Below, piece by piece: positions 36,995 through 47,307 of a stretch of 64,000 bases of DNA. Within the stretch, counting starts at the first letter, position 1; every line of letters starts with the position of its first letter. Source of the stretch: a virus. Location: positions 1 through 64,000 of IMG/VR virus record IMGVR_UViG_3300027969_000043; one strand, written 5' to 3'. The translations under genes and the position numbers were made by a program. The notes under the pieces are model-generated. The model searched no databases. It was not told the DNA's origin and saw nothing but the letters and a program-made list of their open reading frames with translations.

Positions 36995-37576
36995 TTACCA
37001 AGGTAATGGTAAATTAACTATTTGTGGGGATATTTTTTGGTTAATTATATTATCTAATTTTTCTTGTAATAAACTTACGTTTTCTGTACCCTCAATCCAA
37101 CTTATAACGGTATTTTCATTTAAACTACTATAATTAATATACTGTCCATTTAAATTATTAAAACTTGATTGACCTTCAATATTTGCTGTTAAACCAGAAT
37201 CAGATGTTGCATTATATCTCCAGCTTACACCTGTAACAAAATTTTCATACCCCTCAAAATTAGGGATAGTATTAAGACTGTATATAAACCATCTATATGT
37301 TCTTGGATAAACAATATTATATATTTTAATATTAATTTTATTCTGAAAATTACCAATATCATTAGAACTAATAACCATATTAATCAAATCATCTTGTATT
37401 ATTGACGTGTATAAAGATTCTTCAGTATAATAATTTGTACCATCTTCATATGATGTTATATTATTTTCATTTGTACCACGATACCTCCAATCAATTCTTG
37501 ATATATATGTAACATTATTTTCAGAATCTATCGATTCAACATAATTAAGTATTTCAAAAGCATATACTATATTCAT
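36995..37576 (-). CDS. Hypothetical fibre-associated protein made of two similar domains
   Basis: Internal duplication (IDWRYRGT...EDG / VSWRYNAT...IEG). Last gene of the fibre cluster. Confidence 0.6.
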   Translation of the reverse strand: MNIVYAFEILNYVESIDSENNVTYISRIDWRYRGTNENNITSYEDGTNYYTEESLYTSIIQDDLINMVISSNDIGNFQNKINIKIYNIVYPRTYRWFIYSLNTIPNFEGYENFVTGVSWRYNATSDSGLTANIEGQSSFNNLNGQYINYSSLNENTVISWIEGTENVSLLQEKLDNIINQKISPQIVNLPLPW

Positions 37577-37600
37577 TTTATTATTTTTTATAATTTATTA

Positions 37601-38611
37601 TTACCATGTATAAACCCTTACTTCACCACGACCACCAGTACCACCAGCACCACTATTTCCAGTGTTGGTAGCATTACCACCACCACCACCTCCACCACCA
37701 CATGCACCACCATTTCCTCCTGCTTCACCGTTAATATTACCAGAAGCAGCCGCAGCACCCCCACCACCACCACCACCATTACCACATTTTATGGAATTTC
37801 CGCTAGCACCTGTACTACCAGATGTTGGCGCTGTTGAACTATTAGCCCCAGGTGCAGAACCACCACCTGAAATATATGACCCCGAAGTGCCACCAGAAGT
37901 CGGAGCAACACCAACATTACCACTACCAGTACTACCACCAACACCACCGCCACCAGCACCAAATATCGAACTACCCCCATCTTTAGGGATAAGGTTAGTA
38001 ACACCTCTAGAACCGCCAGAGCCACCACCATATTCAGCGTTTCCACTACCTAAACCAGCTGTACTAGAACCTAGTCCAGACGCTCCTTGACCACCTATAG
38101 CTATTAAAGATGCTACTCCAGGTACCCCACCACCGTATGTTGCAGTTGTAGTAATACCACTTAAACCAGCACCACCATTACCACCACCACCACCACCAAC
38201 CTGAGCTGTCGTTGCTGACAAACCACCAATACCACCACCACCAGCATAACCAATTAATTGTGTTGCTCCAGAACTAAAAAAAGAGTTTTCACCATTACCA
38301 CCACCTCTTCCAATACCAGAAATAGTTACACTAGCCCCACCAATACCGCCAGAACCAACAAATATTGGTTCTGTACTAGACAACGTACTTGCTAAATAAA
38401 ATTTTTCAGCATATGCGCCACCACCACCACCAGTCCCACCCGTTCTATTATTACCGTTGTTTGCTTTTGCGCCACTACCACCTCCACCCCCAGCACCAAT
38501 ACATACAACATATACGAATTTTGCACCTGTCGGTTTTACCCAAGTCGAATTACCAACAGTTGTAAACACCTGTAAATCTGGTACTTCGTTTATATTATTA
38601 TTTATTGCCAT
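37601..38611 (-). CDS. Glycine-rich (polyglycine II bundle) adhesin-like protein, paralog 3
   Basis: QVFTTVG..TW.KPTGAKFVYVVCIGAGGGGG ... GGRGEVRVYTW. Confidence 0.75.
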   Translation of the reverse strand: MAINNNINEVPDLQVFTTVGNSTWVKPTGAKFVYVVCIGAGGGGGSGAKANNGNNRTGGTGGGGGAYAEKFYLASTLSSTEPIFVGSGGIGGASVTISGIGRGGGNGENSFFSSGATQLIGYAGGGGIGGLSATTAQVGGGGGGNGGAGLSGITTTATYGGGVPGVASLIAIGGQGASGLGSSTAGLGSGNAEYGGGSGGSRGVTNLIPKDGGSSIFGAGGGGVGGSTGSGNVGVAPTSGGTSGSYISGGGSAPGANSSTAPTSGSTGASGNSIKCGNGGGGGGGAAAASGNINGEAGGNGGACGGGGGGGGNATNTGNSGAGGTGGRGEVRVYTW

Positions 38612-38623
38612 AATTATTTTTTT

Positions 38624-39610
38624 TTAAAAAGTATACACTCTTACTTCACCACGACCACCAGCACCACCATTACCAGCACCAATATCCGCACCACAACCAC
38701 CTCCACCACCTCCACCGCCTGCACCGCCTACACCACCATTACCACCTATTGTGTTTGGTGTTATTGTTCCACCACCACCACCACCACCAACACCATATGA
38801 AGTACCTGTACCACCTGATGTTGGTGATGCACCATTTGTACCGCCTGAAGCACCACCACCAACAACATAAGAACGACTAGTACCGCCTGAGGTTGAATTT
38901 ACAAGTATAGTACCAAGATAATTTGAGGTTCCACCAGCACCACCACCGCCACCACCAAATAATGATGAACCTCCAGGACCAATTGCTGGTGTAAGACTAC
39001 CATCATGACCACAACCACCTCCACCACCATATTCAGTTAAACCTCCATTAGTTGGGTTACTACCACCACTTGCCCCCGTACCACCAATACAAGTTTGAGC
39101 CACTACAGGGCTTACTGCGGCATAACCTGGTTGCCCTCCAATAGCAACCAATGAATCACCAACACTACCAGCCCCACCAGTACCACCACCACCACCACCA
39201 CCAGCACCTATATCAATACCACCTCTAGCACCACCACCACCACCATAACTAACCAAATATGTTGTTGCACCTGTACCAAAAAAAGAACTACCACCAATTC
39301 CACCAGATGTTGTTGACCCTGAAAGTCCACTGGTACCACCAGTACCACCAGCACCTACAACAATAGGCACCGTGTTAGCTAAATCACTTGCACTAAATAC
39401 TTTATAAGCAAAAGCACCACCACCACCACCAGCACCACCCCATTTAGGTGCTGTTCCTAAAGAGTATGAAGCACCACCACCACCTCCACCAGCACCAATA
39501 CACACAACATATACGAATTTTGCACCAGTCGGTTTTATCCATGTCGAACTACCAACAGTTGTAAACACCTGTATGTTTCTTGCAGAATTTATACTATTAT
39601 TTATTGCCAT
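38624..39610 (-). CDS. Glycine-rich adhesin-like protein, paralog 2
   Basis: Same conserved N- and C-terminal motifs, ending GGRGEVRVYTF. Confidence 0.75.
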   Translation of the reverse strand: MAINNSINSARNIQVFTTVGSSTWIKPTGAKFVYVVCIGAGGGGGGASYSLGTAPKWGGAGGGGGAFAYKVFSASDLANTVPIVVGAGGTGGTSGLSGSTTSGGIGGSSFFGTGATTYLVSYGGGGGARGGIDIGAGGGGGGGTGGAGSVGDSLVAIGGQPGYAAVSPVVAQTCIGGTGASGGSNPTNGGLTEYGGGGGCGHDGSLTPAIGPGGSSLFGGGGGGAGGTSNYLGTILVNSTSGGTSRSYVVGGGASGGTNGASPTSGGTGTSYGVGGGGGGGTITPNTIGGNGGVGGAGGGGGGGGCGADIGAGNGGAGGRGEVRVYTF

Positions 39611-39623
39611 TTTTAATTTATTA

Positions 39624-40616
39624 TTACCACGAATAAACCCTTATTTCACCGCGACCACCAGCACCGCCAGTGCCACCACTGCTAGCACGTGTACCGCCCC
39701 CACCACCTCCACCACCGCCACCAGGCGCACCACCAACACCACCATTAGTACCTGCTGTATTTAAAGTTGCGGTTCCACCGCCACCTCCACCTCCATCGCC
39801 AGAACCATTACCTTTATTTGTACCTGTTCCACCCGAAGTTGGTGATATACCACTTGTTCCAAAAGCACCACCCGTAATACCAGTATAAGTACCTGAACTT
39901 CCGCCTGGTTTTGCGTCATAAACAGTCGGTACGCTATTTGCACCTCCACCAGCACCGCCTCCGCCACCACCATATAATGAACATCCGCCTGAAAAATTAA
40001 TACCAGTCGTCGAAGTTCCACCACCCCCAGCACCACCATATTGAGCAGCACCACCCGACGGAGCAGCAATTGTTCCAGCGCCACCAGTGCCACCAAAAGC
40101 TAAAGTGGTTGTACTTGCTCCTGCTGGATTACCACCTGCAACAGCGGCACCAGCACCAGCAGCACCAACACTAACAGTACCACCTCCACCACCACCTGAA
40201 TTAGAAACTGCCGTAACTCTACCCCCAGCACCAGAACCACCTCCATAGGCTGTTAATATTGTTAAACCTGAACTAAATATTGAATTACCACCTGTAGAAC
40301 CAATAACACCTACGTTAGAGGCATTACCAGCACCACCCGCACCACCAGTCCCACCCGAGGCAACTGTAATTGGTTCTGATAACGATAACTCCGAGGCTAA
40401 GTAAAGTTTTGAAACAAAAGAAGCCCCTCCACCGCCACCACCACCCATTCTATATGTTGCTCCAGATGCTGAACCTCCGCCACCTCCGCCACCTCCGCCA
40501 CCAATACATTCAACATACACGAATTTAACCCCAACGGGTTTTATCCAAGTATTAGAACCTACGGACGTAAATATTTGAACGTTTGAAACTTCATTTATAC
40601 TATTATTTACTGCCAT
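39624..40616 (-). CDS. Glycine-rich adhesin-like protein, paralog 1
   Basis: Same conserved N- and C-terminal motifs, ending GGRGEIRVYSW. Confidence 0.75.
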   Translation of the reverse strand: MAVNNSINEVSNVQIFTSVGSNTWIKPVGVKFVYVECIGGGGGGGGGGSASGATYRMGGGGGGGASFVSKLYLASELSLSEPITVASGGTGGAGGAGNASNVGVIGSTGGNSIFSSGLTILTAYGGGSGAGGRVTAVSNSGGGGGGTVSVGAAGAGAAVAGGNPAGASTTTLAFGGTGGAGTIAAPSGGAAQYGGAGGGGTSTTGINFSGGCSLYGGGGGGAGGGANSVPTVYDAKPGGSSGTYTGITGGAFGTSGISPTSGGTGTNKGNGSGDGGGGGGGTATLNTAGTNGGVGGAPGGGGGGGGGGTRASSGGTGGAGGRGEIRVYSW

Positions 40617-40623
40617 AAAACAA

Positions 40624-41745
40624 TTAATTTAATGTTATCGTACCTACCGCAGATACCACAGTAAATACCGTATTTGCACTAGTACAAACTAATCTAATAG
40701 AATCACCATTATTTTGTGAAACTAATGTACCTGATGTTTGTGTTGTCGTTATAATACCAAATCTTATAAATTGATTTACGTTTTGTGTTATTGTAAATAA
40801 ACTATCTGACGCTGAAACAACTTCAATAACACTACCCAAGCTTGCGGATACTGGCAAATTAATTAATGTTGTGCCTGTTGTTATATATCCATTATTAGTT
40901 GATGCTGTTATTGGAGACGTTGCAAATTGCCATGTTAATCCACCACTACCAGTACTAAAACCTGTTATTGTGTTTCCATTAACATTTCCCGTTCCACTTA
41001 ATGTGATTGTTCCGTTAGAATATGTTCCACCTGTAACAGCATTAACATTTTGATATGTTGTTGCTGATATTGTATTTGCTGTTAACCCACTAATAAATGA
41101 TGTTGCACCACTAACTGTACCACCTGTAAAAGATGTTGCTGTATTTGTACTAAAACCTGTAATTTGTATTCCGTTAACACCACCACTACCACTAAGCGTA
41201 AGCGTTCCGTTTAAATAAGAACCACCTGTAACAGCACTAATGGTGTAAGTAACTGCCGCACTACTATTTGATGTAACACTCAATACATTACCTGATAGTG
41301 TAGTTGCACTAATATAAGTAGGTAAATTAAGATACGTTGTTGCACTTATTGTATTTGCCGTTAATCCTGATAATAAAGTATTACCTGTAACATTTAATGT
41401 GTTTGCGGTTAATCCCGATTGGAATATTGTATTTCCCGTTACCGTACCCCCACTTAATGGGAGATACGCTCCCGACGTAGATGAACTACCCGTATATGCG
41501 GACAGGCTTATTGTAAATGCAGAATACTGTCCTGTTATATTTTGCCTTAAAGTTATTGTATTACTAGATAACGTAAACCCCGTAACAAACGTATCAGTTG
41601 TAACTGGTAAGTTAAGATATGTTGTTGCAGATAACGTATTTGCTGTCAGACCACTAACAATTATATTGTCAAAATTACCACTAGCGTTTAACTGCGGATA
41701 CCCATATGGCTGATTAGCCCTATCTAATGTTATTATTGTCTTCAT
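40624..41745 (-). CDS. Tail fibre-like protein
   Basis: GLTANTISATTY repeats, shared DTFVTGFTLSSNTITL...YLPLSGGTV cassette, C-terminal beta domain (LINLP...GSVIEV). Confidence 0.65.
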   Translation of the reverse strand: MKTIITLDRANQPYGYPQLNASGNFDNIIVSGLTANTLSATTYLNLPVTTDTFVTGFTLSSNTITLRQNITGQYSAFTISLSAYTGSSSTSGAYLPLSGGTVTGNTIFQSGLTANTLNVTGNTLLSGLTANTISATTYLNLPTYISATTLSGNVLSVTSNSSAAVTYTISAVTGGSYLNGTLTLSGSGGVNGIQITGFSTNTATSFTGGTVSGATSFISGLTANTISATTYQNVNAVTGGTYSNGTITLSGTGNVNGNTITGFSTGSGGLTWQFATSPITASTNNGYITTGTTLINLPVSASLGSVIEVVSASDSLFTITQNVNQFIRFGIITTTQTSGTLVSQNNGDSIRLVCTSANTVFTVVSAVGTITLN

Positions 41746-41752
41746 ATATTAA

Positions 41753-42199
41753 TTATGAGAATTTACCACCTCTCCATTTATCTTTTATTGCAACAAATTG
41801 ATATTGGTCTGTTGAACCAATTGAAGTAATTTGTGAGTTACTACCTTTATCATATGGTTGAAAACCATTATTATTTATAGTAATACTGTTACTACCATCA
41901 CTATTTATGACCGTAATTGTTTGACCCGTTAAAGTTGTTGGGTTTGGAAAAAACAATTCATTACCACCCGATGCGGTAATAATTTCATAAACACCTCCAC
42001 CCGATATAGTGTAATTACCACTAGATAAATCAATATCTGGATAGGTTGGTGACGCTGTTGTAAATGTTGGAAACGAAGAATTTCCAGTACTATTGGTTAC
42101 CACCAATTGACCTAATGAGTTTAATGAAAGTATTAATTTGCTTACATCTGATGAAGCTGGGACACTTGCGTTTTTATCTAATTCTATGTAACTTGGCAT
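41753..42199 (-). CDS. Small fibre or decoration-like protein
   Basis: Ser/Thr-rich beta-type sequence (FPNPTTLTGQTITVIN) within the fibre cluster. Confidence 0.55.
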   Translation of the reverse strand: MPSYIELDKNASVPASSDVSKLILSLNSLGQLVVTNSTGNSSFPTFTTASPTYPDIDLSSGNYTISGGGVYEIITASGGNELFFPNPTTLTGQTITVINSDGSNSITINNNGFQPYDKGSNSQITSIGSTDQYQFVAIKDKWRGGKFS

Positions 42200-42217
42200 A
42201 TATTTTAATTTTTGTTT

Positions 42218-43153
42218 TTATTCTATTATTCCTGAACCTGTTATAGTACCTCTATTATAAATAACCCCACCAACCTTTAAAGTTCCGTCAACAACAATAT
42301 CACCATAATTATATAAATCACCCAATATATAGTAGTCGGCGTTAGTATCAACTATAAATACACTTGTACTTAATACCGTTAAGTCAGAAGGATTAAAAAT
42401 TGATTGATTTATTGTTATTGTATCTGTCGCACCTGAATTTGTCTCGTTTCTTAAAAATGCACCACCAACTGAAGATGATGATACTTTATGTATAACACCA
42501 CTTCCATCTATTGTTAATAATTCAGTGTCGGTACCTGTTTGTACCCCTTCTACTTTAATTGGGTCGGTTGCTGCAAATACATGTAATTTATTTGATGGTG
42601 ATACTGTTCCAATACCAACATTACCACCACTCTGTGCATTTAATACTAAAGGGTCGCCTTCTACATCTAAACGCCTCCAAGTTGAACCATTTTGAATTGA
42701 ATATATTTGCCCAATATTTGGACCAGTAACTGGATGTCCAAATGAAAAGTGTAATCCATTTACAGTACTACTTGTATTCCATTGACCTGTTATGGTTGTA
42801 AGTCCACTAACTTGTAATTTTGATTCTGGTGTTCTTGTTCCAATACCAACATTTGTACCACTAATAACAAACGTATTGGTATTTGCGGAACCACCAATAA
42901 TAGAACTATTTGAATTTACTTGAAATATTGAATTACCAATATTATTATTTACTGTTAATAACGAACCAGTTAATGTATCCGTTACCGACATCAATTGACC
43001 ACTAGTACCTCTAACATCAATAAGTGTTGAGCCGCTTGTAATACCAGTAAACGTCGTTGTACCAGCTGTTGAAACAATAACCCTGTTTGTGCTATTTGTT
43101 GATAGCTTTAACCCTTGTGTTTGACTATAGAATGCTCCGTTATTTACTGCCAT
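42218..43153 (-). CDS. Tail fibre-like protein
   Basis: NVGIGT..P..KL.V repeats. ATATTTATA motif upstream at 43179-43171. Confidence 0.6.
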   Translation of the reverse strand: MAVNNGAFYSQTQGLKLSTNSTNRVIVSTAGTTTFTGITSGSTLIDVRGTSGQLMSVTDTLTGSLLTVNNNIGNSIFQVNSNSSIIGGSANTNTFVISGTNVGIGTRTPESKLQVSGLTTITGQWNTSSTVNGLHFSFGHPVTGPNIGQIYSIQNGSTWRRLDVEGDPLVLNAQSGGNVGIGTVSPSNKLHVFAATDPIKVEGVQTGTDTELLTIDGSGVIHKVSSSSVGGAFLRNETNSGATDTITINQSIFNPSDLTVLSTSVFIVDTNADYYILGDLYNYGDIVVDGTLKVGGVIYNRGTITGSGIIE

Positions 43154-43191
43154 TTAATATATTTGTTATTTATAAATATTAGAGTTTATTA

Positions 43192-44364
43192 TTAGTTTCC
43201 ATTAAGCCTAATTAAACAATTAGCAGTTACACCATCATAAGTTGTAAAATTTCCACAAACTAGTATTTTTCCATCTGATTGAATTGTACCTGAGCGAGTC
43301 GAATCATTAAATCCAACACCAGTAATAAATGAATTATCTTTACTACCATCAGAATTTAATCTAATTATACGGTTTGATGTGCCTCCATTATATAGTGTAT
43401 ACGAACCCATAAAAATTATTTTTCCACTACCATCTATTATATTACGAAACAATGAATTGCTATTAGCAAACCCAGTACCATAAACGAATAAATTATCTTT
43501 GCTACCATCTGAATTTAATCTAATAATACCATTTGCTGATATACCACTGTATGTTGAAAAAGTACCACCAACCAATATTTTTCCATCAGTTTGCAAACTC
43601 AAACCTTGAACAGTACTATCAAACCCAGCACCTATATTAAATGATGAATCTTTGGTACCATCAGAATTTAACCTAATAATACGATTTGCTGATATACCAC
43701 TGTATGTTGTAAAAGTACCACCAGCCAATATTTTTCCGTCACTTTGAATTGCTAAAGCGAAAAGAAAGTTTGTATTGAACCCAGTACCATAAACAAACGA
43801 ATTATCCTTGCTACCGTCAGAATTTAATCTAATAATATTATTTGCTGATATACCACTAAATGTTGAAAAAGCACCACATACTAGTATTTTATTATCAGAC
43901 TGAATTTTAATATCCCAAATTTGTACACCAATAATATCTTTACTAAATCCAGTACCTATATTAAATGATGAATCTTTACTACCATCTGAATTCAATCTGA
44001 TTAATCCATTTGCTGATATACCACTGTATGTTGAAAAAGCACCACCAACCAATATTTTTCCATCTGTTTGTAAACTTAAACTTAGAACAAGGCCATCAAA
44101 CCCAGCACCTGTATTAAATGATGAATCTTTACTACCATCTGAATTTAATCTAATAATACCATTTGCTGATATACCACTGTATGTTGTAAAATTACCAACA
44201 ACAAGAATTTTATTATCTGTCTGAACTGATACCGAATGCACTAAGGCATTAAACCCATCACCGATGTTAAATGATGGGTCGGCAAGACCTGGGATAGTGT
44301 TTGGATTTGGTCCAAATATTGCATTTCCTTTTATAATAGTATTTCCTAGTATATTAACGCCCAT
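43192..44364 (-). CDS. Delta-60 repeat beta-propeller protein
   Basis: About seven ~54-aa repeats of D.SF..G.GF...IQ.DGKILVGG.F.TYSG.SAN.IIRLNSDG. Confidence 0.85.
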   Translation of the reverse strand: MGVNILGNTIIKGNAIFGPNPNTIPGLADPSFNIGDGFNALVHSVSVQTDNKILVVGNFTTYSGISANGIIRLNSDGSKDSSFNTGAGFDGLVLSLSLQTDGKILVGGAFSTYSGISANGLIRLNSDGSKDSSFNIGTGFSKDIIGVQIWDIKIQSDNKILVCGAFSTFSGISANNIIRLNSDGSKDNSFVYGTGFNTNFLFALAIQSDGKILAGGTFTTYSGISANRIIRLNSDGTKDSSFNIGAGFDSTVQGLSLQTDGKILVGGTFSTYSGISANGIIRLNSDGSKDNLFVYGTGFANSNSLFRNIIDGSGKIIFMGSYTLYNGGTSNRIIRLNSDGSKDNSFITGVGFNDSTRSGTIQSDGKILVCGNFTTYDGVTANCLIRLNGN

Positions 44365-44367
44365 ATA

Positions 44368-47307
44368 TTACATTATTTGAACCCAACCAAATGATTTATA
44401 TAAAAAATAACCCTCATCGGCATCGGTTTGATAAACAATTAAACCAGCTGTTGCAGTTATTGCCAATCTTTGTGCTTCAGTCATTCTTGGACCTAAAAAC
44501 CCTTTGGTTGTTGAAGAAATTTCAAACAAGGCTGAAGCAGAAGGTGTTGCTGTTCCAATACCCACACTACCACCACTTAGTACAAGATTATTTGCTGACG
44601 TAGATGAACTAAAATTTAATGTCCTTCCACTTAAATCAACTATCCTATTACTATTTAAAACACCATTACCCGTATACAACGTGTTAGGTAAATTTTGATA
44701 TGTTGTTGCTGATACCGTATTTGCTGTTAAACCACTAATAAATGATGTTGCACCACTTACAGTACCACCACTTAATGGTAAAAATGCCCCACTTACAGAT
44801 GTTGAGCTACCAGTATATGCAGACAGGCTTATTGTAAATGCAGAATACTGTCCTGTTCTATTCTGTGTTAGTGTTATTGTATTTGACGATAATGTAAACC
44901 CTGTGACAAAAGTGTCGGCAGTTACAGGTAAATTTTGATATGTAGTTGCAGATATTGTACTTGCTGTTAAACCAGCTAAAAGTGTATTACCAGTTATAGT
45001 TAATGTATTTGCTGTTAAACCAGCTAAAAGTGTATTACCAGTTATAGTTAATGTATTTGCTGTTAAACCAGCTAATCTAGTATTTCCAGTTACAGTTAAC
45101 GTATCAGCAGTTACAGCGGCTAATCTAGTACTGCCAGTTACATTTAATGTATTTGCGGTTATAGCAGCTAATCTAGTACTGCCAGTTACGGTTAATGTAT
45201 TTGCAGTTATATTACTTAAATTTGTATTACCAGTTACATTTAATGTATTTGCTGTTAAACCACCAGTAAATACCGTATTACCTGTTACCGTACCACCACT
45301 TAATGGAAGATAAGCACCTGATGCAGATGAACTACCTGTATACGCCGATAAACTAATTGTAAACGCTGAGTATTGGTCGGCTCTATTTTGTGTAAGTGTT
45401 ATTGTATTTGACGATAATGTAAACCCTGTGACAAAAGTGTCGGCAGTTACAGGTAAATTTTGATATGTAGTTGCAGATATTGTATTTGCCGTTAGCCCAC
45501 TTAAGAAATTTGTTGCACCACTAACTGTACCACCAGTAAATGTAGTACTAGAAGTAATACCACTAACATTAAATGTACCGCCTGTGTTATTTGTAAATAT
45601 AAGTGTACTAGCAGCAGCGCTATATGTACCACCAGTTACAAATACATCTTTAGGTAAATTTTCATACGTTGTTGCTGATATTGTATTTGCTGTTAACCCG
45701 CTTTGGAATACTGTTGGACCACTTACTGTTCCACCAGTAAAAGTAACCGCATTAGAAATAACTTGCGTACTTAGTTTACCTGTACTATCAGCAACAACCA
45801 TTCTTGTAGTACTACCTGATAGATTACCAAATATTATATCACCTGTTTTATTTTCAAATGCAATATGTGTTGTACCCGTTAGTGCAGAAAGAGTTGGATT
45901 ATAATATATACCCCTGACTTTAGTACCTGTTTGTCCTGTAATATTAATTACTGGGTCTATTAGTAATGTTGCTGCTTCAAAGTTAATATCATTAGGGGTT
46001 TGCCACCCATAATTAATGTCAACTATAGATGAATTAGTTTGATTCCATTCTCTAGTTTGCCCATAACTAAATCTTGATATAAATGCCCATTTATCTTTAG
46101 CACCACCTTGTTCATCTTCCATGAAATATGTAGATGCACCATTTATCTTTCTTCTCCATATACCTACATATCCACTTGGGATACTTGTAGATGTGGTATC
46201 TATTTGAAAATAATTATTTATATATAAATTTGTGTCAACATATAATTCATTAGTAAATCTACCATTCCCAAATACATCTAATTTATAAGTAGGTGTATCT
46301 GTTCCAATACCTATTTTACTATCGTTACTTAATACTAATAGATTAGTATTCCATGTACTTGCTGAACTACTTGTTGTTTCTAATATCAATTTAGCACCTG
46401 TAGTGGTTAATCCACTAGGATTTGTAGAAAGTACACGAGCCCCAGGCGTATACGCCACATTTACATTTGAATGACCAAATTCTAATACATTTCTATTTAG
46501 AGGTGCGCTACCTTTATCCCATAATCTTAACGCAACATTTTCAAATGTGCTAGCTCCGCCTATGATTGATACTCCTGGACCTGCACCAATACCATAATCA
46601 ACTTCTAATTTAGCTGTTGGCGTTGTTGTCCCTATACCGACATTACCACCACTCATAACAAGCGTGTCAGGATTTGTTACTGAACTAAAATTTAATGTTT
46701 TTCCACTTAAATCAACTATTCTATTACCACTTAAAACACCATTACCCGTATACAACGTGTTAGGTAAATTTTGATATGTTGTTGCCGATATTGTATTTGC
46801 AGTTAATCCACTAGTAAATACTGTTGCACCATTAACAGTACCACCTGTAAATTGAGCACTAGCGATTATTCCCGTTAATTTAGAGCCATCCCCATAAAAC
46901 GTATCACCACTTATTGTTGTTGCTGATATCGTACTAGCTGTCAAACCACTTTGGAATATTGTATTACCAGTAACAGTACCACCACTTAACGGTAAATAGT
47001 TACCAGACGCTGTTGATGTTGAACCTGTTGTAAAACCTGTAACTTGAAATGTACCGCCTGTTGAATTAACAAATGTTGCAGTACCTGTAGTATTATTATA
47101 TGTACCACCAGTCACATACACATTTAATGATGAACCAGTAAGTCCTGATAATGTTATAGTAAAAGCTGAATATTGGTCAATTCTATTTTGTGTTAGGGTA
47201 ATATTGTTTGATGACAAGGTAAACCCAGTCACAAAGGTATCATCAAGCACCAACGGCTCAATTATAAATGTTTCATTAATATCCCCAAAGTTATTTATAC
47301 AGCTCAT
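44368..47307 (-). CDS. Long tail fibre-like protein with internal duplications
   Basis: Repeated cassettes, 15-aa LTANTL.VTG.T.L repeats, C-terminal SALFEISSTTKGFLGPRMT module. Confidence 0.7.
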   Translation of the reverse strand: MSCINNFGDINETFIIEPLVLDDTFVTGFTLSSNNITLTQNRIDQYSAFTITLSGLTGSSLNVYVTGGTYNNTTGTATFVNSTGGTFQVTGFTTGSTSTASGNYLPLSGGTVTGNTIFQSGLTASTISATTISGDTFYGDGSKLTGIIASAQFTGGTVNGATVFTSGLTANTISATTYQNLPNTLYTGNGVLSGNRIVDLSGKTLNFSSVTNPDTLVMSGGNVGIGTTTPTAKLEVDYGIGAGPGVSIIGGASTFENVALRLWDKGSAPLNRNVLEFGHSNVNVAYTPGARVLSTNPSGLTTTGAKLILETTSSSASTWNTNLLVLSNDSKIGIGTDTPTYKLDVFGNGRFTNELYVDTNLYINNYFQIDTTSTSIPSGYVGIWRRKINGASTYFMEDEQGGAKDKWAFISRFSYGQTREWNQTNSSIVDINYGWQTPNDINFEAATLLIDPVINITGQTGTKVRGIYYNPTLSALTGTTHIAFENKTGDIIFGNLSGSTTRMVVADSTGKLSTQVISNAVTFTGGTVSGPTVFQSGLTANTISATTYENLPKDVFVTGGTYSAAASTLIFTNNTGGTFNVSGITSSTTFTGGTVSGATNFLSGLTANTISATTYQNLPVTADTFVTGFTLSSNTITLTQNRADQYSAFTISLSAYTGSSSASGAYLPLSGGTVTGNTVFTGGLTANTLNVTGNTNLSNITANTLTVTGSTRLAAITANTLNVTGSTRLAAVTADTLTVTGNTRLAGLTANTLTITGNTLLAGLTANTLTITGNTLLAGLTASTISATTYQNLPVTADTFVTGFTLSSNTITLTQNRTGQYSAFTISLSAYTGSSTSVSGAFLPLSGGTVSGATSFISGLTANTVSATTYQNLPNTLYTGNGVLNSNRIVDLSGRTLNFSSSTSANNLVLSGGSVGIGTATPSASALFEISSTTKGFLGPRMTEAQRLAITATAGLIVYQTDADEGYFLYKSFGWVQIM
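44870..45484. repeat. 90-nt identical direct repeat (44870-44959 = 45395-45484)
   Basis: agtgttattgtatttgacgataatgtaaaccctgtgacaaaagtgtcggcagttacaggtaaattttgatatgtagttgcagatattgta occurs twice, 525 nt apart. Confidence 0.85.

Noticed and set aside
37662-39888. Plus-strand poly-Pro ORFs (37662-38090, 39670-39888)
   Set aside because: They are antisense shadows of GGT-rich glycine codons, with no promoter or independent coding signal.
43192-45484. CRISPR array or diversity-generating retroelement suggested by near-identical repeats
   Set aside because: The repeats are in-frame protein repeats without unique spacers. No adenine-specific mismatch pattern or reverse transcriptase was seen in the window.
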